Part shown: positions 38,103 to 47,835 of the stretch, piece by piece
How positions within the stretch are numbered: the first letter of the stretch is position 1
Layout: each line of letters starts with the position of its first letter
Origin: a virus
Taxonomy: Duplodnaviria > Caudoviricetes
Length of the DNA stretch: 59,737 nucleotides
Reading direction: 5' to 3' (one strand)
Virus record (IMG/VR): IMGVR_UViG_3300034980_000289
Coordinates: 1 to 59,737 of that record
The notes under the pieces: model-generated
What the model was told of the DNA's origin: nothing
Seen by the model: only the letters and a program-made list of their open reading frames with translations
The model's database searches: none
Program-made: the position numbers and the translations under genes

Positions 38103-40138
38103 TACGTAGAAGCCCCCTGCTCTTTTCTTTGCGATTGTTGTTGTTGCTCAGGAGCTGTTAATACACCAGTTATAGCTCTCAGTTCGTTTACTGCTCTTTG
38201 ATAATAATCTTGTGAGTCTTGTTGAGCCATTTGACATTCAGCATTCAATTCTCCCACTACTTGCATTAAAGCATTTGCTTCTCCAAAATAAGAACCAGAC
38301 TTTTGAAGTCCATTAGCAAACTTTTGAGACTCAGATTGACTTTGGACTGAATAGGATTGTATTTCTGCACTATAATTCTGTATAGCCTGAGTTGATTTTG
38401 ATGTGAACTCTTGTACTCTTCTCGCTTCTTCAGCGACTTGTCTCTGAACTTCAGCTGAAAACTTCTGTATAGATGTTTCTGATTTAGATGTGTATTTTTG
38501 TAATGCTTCTTGATATTGTGCTTGATAATTTTGTACCTCTACACCTGCCTGTTGTCCATATTCACTAATCAGCATTTCACAATCAGTCGAATACCTTGCT
38601 AAATCAGTTTTATATTGTTCCACCTGTTTCTGCATCTTCATTTGAGCATCTTGAACTTTTCCAGAGAACGCTTGTGTCTTTGAAGTACTCTCAGCGCTTA
38701 TTTTTTCTAATTCAGCTCTATATTTGCCTAATTCACTATTAAATTTTTGCGATTCAGCCTCAACGTCTTGTGAAAACTTTTCTAATTCTCTTTGTTGTTT
38801 TGATAATTCTACTTGAGACCTTGATAGCTCCTGAGCCGCTGTACTCAAGATTGCTGTGACCATTTCAGGGTCTTCCTCTTGCAACCACTCTTGGGCAGAT
38901 GTGAAATCAGCAGCTGTACCTGGTAAGTCACCCCCTACACTTGCACTGGTATCTATTAAGTTTTGAGCTTTAGTAAGAGCATCGTCTGTGTTAGTCCAAT
39001 TAAAGACAGATGTAGGTTTATTAAAAATAGGAAGACTACTTGATGGGCTAAAAGTATCATTAAAATTAGCAACTGGCCCATTATACTCAATGGTTTGAAT
39101 ACTTGGGACTGTGGGTAAACTTAATCCTGGGAGAACTGGTAAGGATTGATTAACATAATCAGGAATAGAATCCATAGTAACGCTAATACTAACACTATTT
39201 AATGATGGTAAACTTGGTTTAGTTGGGGCTGCAACATTAACTGCGACTGGTAAAGTCCCCTCAAAATTTGGCAAATAAGTTCCAGTTATAGTAGCCAAGT
39301 GAGTTGTAATTTTATCTCTATAGCTTTGACATACCCTTTTCATATCTAAAGAAGATGCGTAGTAGATAGCAACATTTTCGTACTCTGCTAAAATCCATTG
39401 CTCTGTATTTTCATCAATTGAAGGTGGGGCTGCGTATACTATAACTCCTTTATCTCCTCCACCTGCCGTTACATCATCAGCCGAGGATGCTCCAATTTTA
39501 GTATAAGATTGAGTATCAGAAGAATCATTGAAATCAGGAGAGGGTTTTATATAAATCTTGCCTGCTAATTTATAATATTTTGGGAACATTTTAGTAGGTC
39601 TTAATAAAGAGGACTCTTCATCAAATATATGAACTCCTCTATCTGAAACTTCTTCAGCTATTCTTTTTATCTTATTACCATTGCTATCATGACCATCTTC
39701 TCTATAAACTGATAAAATCTTATCGTAGGCTATCCCAGAACCTTCAAAGAGAGCATGTTTAAAAACTAATGAGACGCTCCCAGTAGCAGTAGCGTCAGCG
39801 GATAGACCAATATTTGAATCTTCAGCTATACTATCTACTTTTGTCCCAGTTGGGATACCAGCCCCTGTCACAAGCATTCCAATCTCTAAACCTGCAGTAG
39901 CAGAAATTGTGACCGAAGAACTTAAGTTCGTTGTTCCACATGAAGCCTTCGTAATAGATATAGCATTTCCACTAGACCATCCTACAATTTCAGTTGTAGA
40001 AGCTATACTCCACAGGAATTTCTCAGGAAGAGAAGCTACTAAAAACCTTGCCCCAGCCTCGAGAGATGGGAGCAATTTTCTACTTTTAGTAGGTTGTCCT
40101 GTTATGCTATTGACTTTTTCCCAAAGTTTAAGTGCCAT
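38102..40138 (-). CDS. Head-tail connector-like protein with a long Q-rich coiled coil
   Basis: PKYYKLAGKIYIKP adaptor-like motif; GM.VTG.GIP.GT.V insertion; Pro-rich linker; C-terminal coiled coil. Confidence 0.55.
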   Translation of the reverse strand: MALKLWEKVNSITGQPTKSRKLLPSLEAGARFLVASLPEKFLWSIASTTEIVGWSSGNAISITKASCGTTNLSSSVTISATAGLEIGMLVTGAGIPTGTKVDSIAEDSNIGLSADATATGSVSLVFKHALFEGSGIAYDKILSVYREDGHDSNGNKIKRIAEEVSDRGVHIFDEESSLLRPTKMFPKYYKLAGKIYIKPSPDFNDSSDTQSYTKIGASSADDVTAGGGDKGVIVYAAPPSIDENTEQWILAEYENVAIYYASSLDMKRVCQSYRDKITTHLATITGTYLPNFEGTLPVAVNVAAPTKPSLPSLNSVSISVTMDSIPDYVNQSLPVLPGLSLPTVPSIQTIEYNGPVANFNDTFSPSSSLPIFNKPTSVFNWTNTDDALTKAQNLIDTSASVGGDLPGTAADFTSAQEWLQEEDPEMVTAILSTAAQELSRSQVELSKQQRELEKFSQDVEAESQKFNSELGKYRAELEKISAESTSKTQAFSGKVQDAQMKMQKQVEQYKTDLARYSTDCEMLISEYGQQAGVEVQNYQAQYQEALQKYTSKSETSIQKFSAEVQRQVAEEARRVQEFTSKSTQAIQNYSAEIQSYSVQSQSESQKFANGLQKSGSYFGEANALMQVVGELNAECQMAQQDSQDYYQRAVNELRAITGVLTAPEQQQQSQRKEQGAST

Positions 40139-40151
40139 TATGTTCCTAAGT

Positions 40152-40223
40152 TAACTCACCAGGGTCGGGGCAAAAGGCAGAAAGGAGGTGAAAAACCTTA
40201 AGCCCCTCGCCTAGCAAGAGTTA
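40152..40223 (-). ncRNA. Hairpin with an anti-Shine-Dalgarno loop directly after the capsid gene
   Basis: Interrupted stem with G-U pairs on the - strand; loop UUUUUCACCUCCUUUCUG. Confidence 0.6.
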
Positions 40224-40229
40224 TGTTGC

Positions 40230-41756
40230 CTATTTCCAGACAGCGTGAGCTTCAGGCATTTGATATTCAAAGCCTGACTCTGTCAGAATCATATCTACAC
40301 GTTTATCAGTTCCAGTGTTTTCTAAAGATTGAACACCTACATAAACTGATGTATCACGGTTGATACCATTTCCAACTAACGGACGATACTTAACATGATT
40401 TAAGTTCACACCAAGTATCTTAACTGCGCTTCGGTCAAGTGCGATACAACGAGTTACATTCATATCTCCATAAGGAGTTGCGATTGTAGTCATATCAAGA
40501 CCCATGACTTTTTTGCGGCCAGTGATAGCTAAATCAGCACTAAACTGAGTATCAATACCCAAGTTTTGTGAGAAATAACCACCAAGCTTATGCAACCAGT
40601 TATAAACATCAGTGCTACAGAAATAAACTGTGGCTCTAGATTGATTATAACGTGGGTCAATGTATTTACTGATATCATCAAGGAAATCATCTACAGTTTT
40701 TGAGGTAGTCCAACCAAATTGGTTACCGTAACTCAAAACGTAGTCAACTGCTCCTTGTGTATGAGTAACACCTGCAGCGTCAGTAAACTGAGACGAGAAT
40801 AGTGCAGCTTGTTCGATATCCCATTTATGCTCAATGAGTTTATCGCGCCATACACGAGCCCATTCATTGGGTTCGTATTTGAGCACGGTAGCTCTAGCAG
40901 TATTGGTCATACCAAATTCGCTACGGAAGATTTGAGTCTGTCCGAAGCCTGTACTATAAGGATTGTCTTTCCACGTCTTTCCTACCAATGAAGAACCCTC
41001 TGCGTGAGAGTTTCCTACAACATAGCAACGCATTGGCTCAAGAGCCGAAGCGATGTCTTTATTGTAAGCTGCTGTTATTGGTGCGTTACTCGTAAAAGAA
41101 GTAACTTCACCAGAAGCTGCTCTAGTAACAGAACAAGTTACCAATTTAACCTGCATACTATTTTTGGTGACTTCGGCCCCGACTGCAGTGATACGTGCAA
41201 GCACGTAATCCGATACAGCGGTTCCTCCACCAGCAGTAGCTGATAGGTTAATTTGGATAATCTGATTCTCCATTAGGAATTCAGGGGTTGTCCCTGCTGC
41301 GCCTATTGCAATAGCTCCAGAAGATTGACCTGAAACATTTTGTATATTACCAGCTGACTTATAGTCAGTAGCCATATACAGTTTCAAGACATCAGCTGTT
41401 GCTATAGTAGCGTCACCACCGTGAGCGGTTAAGGTTGCATCGTTAAATACATCCGTTGTACCACTATTAATCATGCCAACTACATATGAATAGCGCTTCA
41501 TCCAAGATTGACGTTTCTCAGTAAACTTGAAAGATGGGTCATCCGTAGGTTTCTTCGCTACTTTAGCGACCATTCTGAAGAAAGGAGTTTGCTCAATTGC
41601 TAACTCAGTAAATCTCTCAGCGAAATTATACTTTCTCCGAAGGTCACCAGTTCCGAGCGACGAGCCCTGTGATGCTCCATAGCCTTCAGTTAATCCCGTA
41701 CTGTGTTTTTGAAATAATGGGGTTGCCACGGGGTACGTAGCGTCTGATTGTGCCAT
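40230..41756 (-). CDS. Major capsid protein (DUF5309/SU10-like, HK97 fold)
   Basis: TPF, QTQIFR..., EHKWDIE, TPYGDM, LTESG.E...PEAHA; follows the scaffold. Confidence 0.85.
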   Translation of the reverse strand: MAQSDATYPVATPLFQKHSTGLTEGYGASQGSSLGTGDLRRKYNFAERFTELAIEQTPFFRMVAKVAKKPTDDPSFKFTEKRQSWMKRYSYVVGMINSGTTDVFNDATLTAHGGDATIATADVLKLYMATDYKSAGNIQNVSGQSSGAIAIGAAGTTPEFLMENQIIQINLSATAGGGTAVSDYVLARITAVGAEVTKNSMQVKLVTCSVTRAASGEVTSFTSNAPITAAYNKDIASALEPMRCYVVGNSHAEGSSLVGKTWKDNPYSTGFGQTQIFRSEFGMTNTARATVLKYEPNEWARVWRDKLIEHKWDIEQAALFSSQFTDAAGVTHTQGAVDYVLSYGNQFGWTTSKTVDDFLDDISKYIDPRYNQSRATVYFCSTDVYNWLHKLGGYFSQNLGIDTQFSADLAITGRKKVMGLDMTTIATPYGDMNVTRCIALDRSAVKILGVNLNHVKYRPLVGNGINRDTSVYVGVQSLENTGTDKRVDMILTESGFEYQMPEAHAVWK

Positions 41757-41807
41757 TATAAAACTCCAGTCGTTTTATTTGCCTACTCTATAATGACTGT
41801 TCGACCT

Positions 41808-42701
41808 TTAGCCAAGTAGACGGTTTATTGTATCTTCACCACCTAAGAGTTGGTCAAAAACATTATCGTCTGGAGAGGCGTCTGGTTGAGGGGTACTTCC
41901 AGCGGATGACAAAGATTGGGGTCTATTCCCAACGCTTTGCATTTGCTTTGATACTTCGTCTTGAGCTGCACGTTGAATATTCCTGTCTCGTGCTTCTCTG
42001 TTTTTTAGATAATATATATCATCAAGGCTAAGTTTTTTATTCTTCGCAAAATTAACAAATTCTTTCCAATCATCTGGGTTCATATCATGAGTTTGCTTAA
42101 AATCTTCTTCAGAATTAAGTCTTTCATTTTCTGTACTTTGACGACGGCTAAAATCTGATAATCTGCGTTGAACTAAACCATCAACGGTTGCATTTAGCAC
42201 TTTTGCAGAGTCAGAGTCAGGATTATCAAATGCCTCATTCCCATCAAACATAAAATCTTCTCCAAGATTAAGTTGTTCTTTCATACTCGTAGGGGCATTA
42301 CCACCACCCTCAAAATAATTTCTCACATGAGTAATTAGTTTAGGGTCTTCTTTCATTGCATCCAATATCGGCATATATGGCTCAAGTTCGGAAAGCTTAG
42401 AGTTTAACCTCTTTGCTTCTCTACTCGATGCCGAATATCGGTCTTGTAAGTTGCCTGCATCTGTGTTATTAGATGTTTGACTTACGTTACCGTCTTCAGG
42501 GCTCTGAGACACGTTGTTATCAGTATCCATTTCTGAGGTTGACTGAGAAGGCTCGTCATCGTAAACAATTCCGTTTGCGGATTTATCCAGAGCATCGAAA
42601 AATGCTTGTGAATCATCCCCAGAATCGTTTGATTTCTCAATATTTAAGACATCTATATCAGGGGACTCAATTTGAGTGTTGCTCTGTTGTATGTCTGGCA
42701 T
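41808..42701 (-). CDS. Capsid scaffolding protein
   Basis: Acidic, between portal and capsid; RYSASSREA coiled coil. Confidence 0.75.
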   Translation of the reverse strand: MPDIQQSNTQIESPDIDVLNIEKSNDSGDDSQAFFDALDKSANGIVYDDEPSQSTSEMDTDNNVSQSPEDGNVSQTSNNTDAGNLQDRYSASSREAKRLNSKLSELEPYMPILDAMKEDPKLITHVRNYFEGGGNAPTSMKEQLNLGEDFMFDGNEAFDNPDSDSAKVLNATVDGLVQRRLSDFSRRQSTENERLNSEEDFKQTHDMNPDDWKEFVNFAKNKKLSLDDIYYLKNREARDRNIQRAAQDEVSKQMQSVGNRPQSLSSAGSTPQPDASPDDNVFDQLLGGEDTINRLLG

Positions 42702-42730
42702 GTTAAAAACTCCTTTTTATAAACAGAATT

Positions 42731-42760
42731 AATTTAACCATCTGTGGGTATTCAATCCAA
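42731..42760 (-). promoter_or_regulatory. Putative promoter TTGGAT-N18-TAAATT for scaffold/capsid
   Basis: Intergenic; same architecture as 49916..49945 and 55233..55262. Confidence 0.55.
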
Positions 42761-42762
42761 GA

Positions 42763-45015
42763 TTATTTTTCTGTTTGTTTAACGTCTTCAATGGCTCTTG
42801 CCATATCCTTTTTCATGTTCTGGAACTCCCCTTGCATTAGACCTCTTAAGGTCTTTTGCTGGGCTTCCGTATCCACAACATCTTTTCTTATTTCTCCTTC
42901 AGCTTGTTGTACTTTCATCTTTATACCTGACTGTACCAACTGACGCTCAAGGGTTTCAATAGTTCCCTCCTTATCTTTTAACGCTTCCTCCATTTGCTGA
43001 ACTTGTGAAGATAATTGTGAATACAATGACTTTCTTTGAGCCACTTGCTTCTTACCTCTGATGTCAGTTTCAGCTAACATCGCTATATCATCTATCAATC
43101 CAGCCTGGAACCATCTGAAATATTCTTCTAATAAAGCCCACCTGTTGACTGGTAATGTAGCCCCTGCTACCATTCTTACGTCAAAGCGAGCTGTTTCGTA
43201 ATCCATCCATCTACCTATGGCCTCTCCATAATCGTTGTAGATAGGAATATTAATTTCTACTTGTTTTTCTTCAACATTAGTATCTATCTGTCCAGCTTCA
43301 GGTTGAACAATTCTAAATACCTTATTTGTTGAATAAGTTTTTTGAGCTATTTCTTTAAAAGATTTACCAACATGCTCTAGGCAAGGCTCCACTATACTAT
43401 TCATCCATGCTCTAATTCTACGAGTTCCATACTCATCATTAGCTAAAAGACCCCTATATGTCTCAGGTTGAGCTTGTGTATTTCCCATCATTGATGAATA
43501 AATACCGCTAATGTATTCTACATCTTGTTTACCTTCTTGCGTAATGGTATAAAAAGCATTATTAATAGCTGCTGGTTGTACAGGTGTAGGAGGTTGAAAT
43601 CCTTGTCTGTATTTTAACAATGCGCCTGCAGACGAAGAATATTGTTCCCACTCTTCCTCAGGAATAGAACCTTCTTCGTATAGCCATCTTAAATTTGATG
43701 CCAAATTAGCATTATGAATCATAATTTGATGAGCTTTATTAATTTCTTGTTGTTTGCCAATTAAAGGAACAACTGCTGACATAGGGTATGGAGTACCTGT
43801 GTATGTATATGGAATAGGAATTATTGGATAGTGTTCAAAAGGGAGAACATATTCATATAAAAATGTATCTTCACCACAACTACAAGTTAATTGTATTTGA
43901 GTTTTATTGAATGGAGTTGCACTAACAATTCTTTCTTCAATGCTAGGGTTCTCAGACATTATATCATATTCTCGTTTTGATACTACCTTTCTTTCCACCC
44001 TCTCTAACTTTGATTGAACCTCAGACTGTACCCGCTGTCTTTGTTCATCAATAGCTTTCTGAGCCTCTTTTTGTGCTTTTTGGGATTCTAGAGCAGCTCT
44101 CTCTTCAATAATTTCACCATTAGCTAATGATTGTTGGATAGCGGTTAATTGTTCCTGAAGACTTACCTGAACCTCTTGTTCAAACTCCTTCATTTTAACA
44201 GTTAATAATTCACGGGCTTCTTCTTGTTCTTCTTGAGTTGGGACTGCTCTCACCATTAATGCTAGATAAGGGACTTTAATTTTCTTATAGCATTCAAAGA
44301 AAGAAATTAAATCCTCATCCTCTCCAGAAGTTTTAAAAGTTCCACCAATATCTTCAGATACAATACTATCTCTGTCTCTAAAATCCGTCTCAGAATAAGA
44401 AGAAACACTTACAGAGCCTGTAGCCCTTTCAATTTTTGAGGAATAATCAGGCAGTAATAACTTTAATTGAGCCTTAGATAAAACTTTTCTAACAGTAATA
44501 AAACCAGCATCTCTAAATAAAAAGTCTCTAGAAACAGGGTCTACAAATACATCAAATGGGTCTATTCTTTTAAACTCTACTTCTCCTCTACCATTATCAG
44601 CATCAGAATTAACATCTATATGAAAATATCCTATCCCTTTGGTAAGAGCGTCTAAAACTATTTGAGAATAAAGAGATTTCCCATTAGACAAATACCAACA
44701 GTAATCAGATATCTCAGAATGAACCTGGGCAACATCTGTGTCTGAGCCCTCAGAACCAACAGCCTTCCATCTAGGGTTATTAGAAGTTACAAAATACTTC
44801 ATAATTTCAACTATTGGAGTGATTCTATTGATAATAAAATCAGGCATTCCTGACTCTCTCAATCCATTTCTTTCCTCTGTCGTCAGTTGCTCATTTAAAT
44901 AAAAATCATAACCCCGCTGGGCTACAAATTGCCATTTACCTCTTTGAGCTGTATTGGCCTTATTCCAAAGTTGGTAGTTCTCTCCTGCTTTTACTTTATT
45001 ACTTTTTCTTGCCAT
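42763..45015 (-). CDS. Portal protein (P22-like)
   Basis: G.P...INRI.P, DP, PIIP, QQEINK, ISGI; long C-terminal barrel helix. Confidence 0.9.
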   Translation of the reverse strand: MARKSNKVKAGENYQLWNKANTAQRGKWQFVAQRGYDFYLNEQLTTEERNGLRESGMPDFIINRITPIVEIMKYFVTSNNPRWKAVGSEGSDTDVAQVHSEISDYCWYLSNGKSLYSQIVLDALTKGIGYFHIDVNSDADNGRGEVEFKRIDPFDVFVDPVSRDFLFRDAGFITVRKVLSKAQLKLLLPDYSSKIERATGSVSVSSYSETDFRDRDSIVSEDIGGTFKTSGEDEDLISFFECYKKIKVPYLALMVRAVPTQEEQEEARELLTVKMKEFEQEVQVSLQEQLTAIQQSLANGEIIEERAALESQKAQKEAQKAIDEQRQRVQSEVQSKLERVERKVVSKREYDIMSENPSIEERIVSATPFNKTQIQLTCSCGEDTFLYEYVLPFEHYPIIPIPYTYTGTPYPMSAVVPLIGKQQEINKAHQIMIHNANLASNLRWLYEEGSIPEEEWEQYSSSAGALLKYRQGFQPPTPVQPAAINNAFYTITQEGKQDVEYISGIYSSMMGNTQAQPETYRGLLANDEYGTRRIRAWMNSIVEPCLEHVGKSFKEIAQKTYSTNKVFRIVQPEAGQIDTNVEEKQVEINIPIYNDYGEAIGRWMDYETARFDVRMVAGATLPVNRWALLEEYFRWFQAGLIDDIAMLAETDIRGKKQVAQRKSLYSQLSSQVQQMEEALKDKEGTIETLERQLVQSGIKMKVQQAEGEIRKDVVDTEAQQKTLRGLMQGEFQNMKKDMARAIEDVKQTEK

Positions 45016-45503
45016 TATACTAAATACTTTCTACAGACATCTATAAAATGCTGAGGGTCGCCTTTTCCTTGCTCTGTATTGTAATATCTTTTCCAGTATT
45101 TTGCTTGTCCTTCTATAGTATTAGGCATCTTCTTAGGAACTCTCCAATACTTTAAACGACAATGAACAATACCAGCAGCTATATTTCTTTCCAATATTTC
45201 TCCCCATGTTGATTCCTCGAAGGTTTGCCAATGTTTAACATCTACATAACTAGCAGCTGCACATTGTTGCATTAAACCAGGTCGATGTTTTAAATAGTGC
45301 ATTAAATTATCTACACAGGTCGCGGGCTCTACTTGCCAGAAACCTCTAGCTGGGCCGTCACCCAACTGTCGAATATACTCATATCGACTTTCAACAATCC
45401 CAGTCGCTACAACAAGTTGAACTGCGTCTTCAGAAGCGAATCTAGTCCCCATCCTTAGACAAGTTTGCTTTACAAGAGATTGTATTTGAGGTATACTAAT
45501 CAA
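45015..45503 (-). CDS. Lysozyme-like muralytic enzyme (endolysin candidate)
   Basis: ESRY.YIRQ.G.GPARGFWQVEP.T and YWK.YYNT..GKG. Confidence 0.7.
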   Translation of the reverse strand: MISIPQIQSLVKQTCLRMGTRFASEDAVQLVVATGIVESRYEYIRQLGDGPARGFWQVEPATCVDNLMHYLKHRPGLMQQCAAASYVDVKHWQTFEESTWGEILERNIAAGIVHCRLKYWRVPKKMPNTIEGQAKYWKRYYNTEQGKGDPQHFIDVCRKYLV

Positions 45504-45508
45504 AATAT

Positions 45509-45976
45509 TTAATATCCTTTCTTCATTGAGTCAATAAGTTTATCTTCTCTCTTTTTAGGCTTTCCTATAGTATTATATTTCTTAGCTCTTTTTTTCATGT
45601 ACTCTCTAACTTCCGCATTGAAAGTATTAATTTTGAAAATTTCTTCATCAGTATGACCATAAGAAAAATCTTTTAAATAAGATTGATATGCATCTTCAGT
45701 TGCTTCCCCCCATTTTGAGTCAGCTCCAGTTGCTCCAATGTCATACCCTAGACTTTTTAAAGTTTTTTGTGAAGATAAAATATCTTTAGGGCTAATTCCA
45801 TATTTCATAGCCGTTTGACCATGAACTCCTTCATCTCCTAATATAACTGCTTCCCCTATCTTATCATACATTCTAGAGATTCCACCCATTTGAGATAAAG
45901 AATGTTCCGATGGAACACCCATTCTTTCAATCCAAGCCCTTCTTTCTTCTGTGGTTTGCGATTTGGTCTGAGTCAT
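45509..45976 (-). CDS. Peptidoglycan-binding-domain protein
   Basis: QK.LKSLGYDIG..GADSKWG.ATEDA (PG_binding_1-like). Confidence 0.65.
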   Translation of the reverse strand: MTQTKSQTTEERRAWIERMGVPSEHSLSQMGGISRMYDKIGEAVILGDEGVHGQTAMKYGISPKDILSSQKTLKSLGYDIGATGADSKWGEATEDAYQSYLKDFSYGHTDEEIFKINTFNAEVREYMKKRAKKYNTIGKPKKREDKLIDSMKKGY

Positions 45977-47535
45977 GCTACTATCCAGCTTTTTGCTTTC
46001 CTTACGGGTTTAAACCACTTTTTCTCTTTATTCTGAGAATAATTAGGTGGAAATGAGTGCAAATTTGCATAATAAAGTGTTTCAATGGTGTCATCGTGAG
46101 CCATTCTAGGGCCGAAAGTAAGTATTTCGTTGCTTAAATCAAACATATTCTCTCTTATATGTACTGTTCCCATACTGAATCTACCACTTAAACCACTATA
46201 AATTCTGTTTCTTTTGTTAGTACCTCCTGGTTTTTCAGGAATTACAGCAATATCAAAACGATTTATACGTCTTCTTTCATCATTTAATGCCTGGAAAATT
46301 GAACGGTTCATAGCCACATCTTCAACCGTAGCAGATGTACAATGATATTTGTTATAAAGTTCTATAATATAATCTACTACACCTTTCTTTTCTATAAGTT
46401 CCCCATCTTGTCCCTTTGCCCCTATGGTTGGAATAGAACGGTGTCTCTCATATTCTAGAGCATAAAGATTATTATTAACGTCCACAGCGATTACCATAAT
46501 AACGCTGAAATCAGAGTCTTTAGTATCAATATCGGTGGCAGGGTCACATCCGATAAACGTATTAACAGGAACTTTTTCCCCATCAATAATTATATAATTA
46601 ACTCCTTCTTCGTTTTCGTAGTACCCCTCCCAATATTTTATATGTTGTCTTCTCCATACAGAGTCCTCTTCTGATTGAACTTCCATCATATATTCTTGGA
46701 AGAACTTCGCAGGTTGTCCTGAATCTCTGTAAAACTTCTTCTTCTCTTCTAACTTGCTAGCTGGAAAGAACGAAGGCCAAAGCACACTCCCATTTGGGAG
46801 TATGGCTTTATAGGTGACTACCTTCCATGCGAACTCTTCTTTTTTCTTCTTATTTCGCTCAAAATTAATGATAAGATTATTAATAAAAGAATCATAATGT
46901 ACGGGAGTCCCATTAACACGAAGCCTACCAGTATGAGGCTCAAGCGCTGGGTATACAACAGCAGTAACAAGATTGGCATTTTTAGCTCTTGCGTCAACTG
47001 TGATTGTATTTTGTTCGTGCTCAAAGTCGTCAAGGCAGATAAGGTCATATCTTTTATGAAGTTTTGCACCTCCACGTATTCCCGCGACATTAGATTTTGA
47101 AATAAGTTTACAGCCATTTTCTAACTCTATATCTTCCTCTGTCCATTTCCTACCCTTTAAATTGCCAAAGAAATACTTTATTCTTTCATTGTATTCAAAG
47201 TGATATTTTATGTAATCCATATTGCCTACTGACAATTTCTGAGTAGCAGACACCCAAGCATAGAAATGCATATCATCTTTAGGACAAAATGCAAAATCTT
47301 TAATGATTGAACATTTGGTTAGGACAGTTTTACCATGTCCTCTAGGTAAAATGATAGCAAGTTGCTTTACTTCTTTATCATCAATACAGTCAGCCATTTC
47401 ATAATGAAACGCTGGGGTTTCAGAACGCATAAAGTCATCTGGTAAGAATAGTTTACCGAATGCTATTAAATCTTTACTCGCTAGGAGTAGTGCTTTTTCG
47501 GCTTCGCTTACGTTCTGGCTGTTTATATTTGACAT
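45973..47535 (-). CDS. terL: Terminase large subunit
   Basis: Walker A PRGHGKT, Walker B ICLDDFE, GTP, nuclease GCDPA, HDD. Confidence 0.95.
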   Translation of the reverse strand: MSNINSQNVSEAEKALLLASKDLIAFGKLFLPDDFMRSETPAFHYEMADCIDDKEVKQLAIILPRGHGKTVLTKCSIIKDFAFCPKDDMHFYAWVSATQKLSVGNMDYIKYHFEYNERIKYFFGNLKGRKWTEEDIELENGCKLISKSNVAGIRGGAKLHKRYDLICLDDFEHEQNTITVDARAKNANLVTAVVYPALEPHTGRLRVNGTPVHYDSFINNLIINFERNKKKKEEFAWKVVTYKAILPNGSVLWPSFFPASKLEEKKKFYRDSGQPAKFFQEYMMEVQSEEDSVWRRQHIKYWEGYYENEEGVNYIIIDGEKVPVNTFIGCDPATDIDTKDSDFSVIMVIAVDVNNNLYALEYERHRSIPTIGAKGQDGELIEKKGVVDYIIELYNKYHCTSATVEDVAMNRSIFQALNDERRRINRFDIAVIPEKPGGTNKRNRIYSGLSGRFSMGTVHIRENMFDLSNEILTFGPRMAHDDTIETLYYANLHSFPPNYSQNKEKKWFKPVRKAKSWIVA

Positions 47536-47707
47536 CTATAAATTTCCTAAAACCTGTCATATCTTTTTTATACTCAATATAATCCTCGAATACCCTCTCT
47601 AAATCATCTTGTCTTAAACTTGACATTTGAGACCAATTCACCAAACCCTTTATTGAACGCATAAGATGATGTTTTGTGAGAGGCTTTCTATTGGGATGTT
47701 TGCTCAT
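47474..47707 (-). CDS. Hypothetical protein
   Basis: ATGA coupling; operon position. Confidence 0.55.
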   Translation of the reverse strand: MSKHPNRKPLTKHHLMRSIKGLVNWSQMSSLRQDDLERVFEDYIEYKKDMTGFRKFIDVKYKQPERKRSRKSTTPSE

Positions 47708-47835
47708 CCTTGCCCTCTTTTCTTTTTACGATAATACTTCTTACTTCCTTTTATACCAAACTTTGAACCTCTTCCTTCGCCTTGCCTAGTCTTCTTCCCA
47801 TTTTTCTTAGGCTTGTACTCATCGTTAATATACAT
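47704..47835 (-). CDS. 43-aa basic peptide ending RGQG (not in ORF track)
   Basis: MYINDEYKPKKNGKKTRQGEGRGSKFGIKGSKKYYRKKKRGQG; fills the intergenic gap exactly. Confidence 0.75.
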   Translation of the reverse strand: MYINDEYKPKKNGKKTRQGEGRGSKFGIKGSKKYYRKKKRGQG

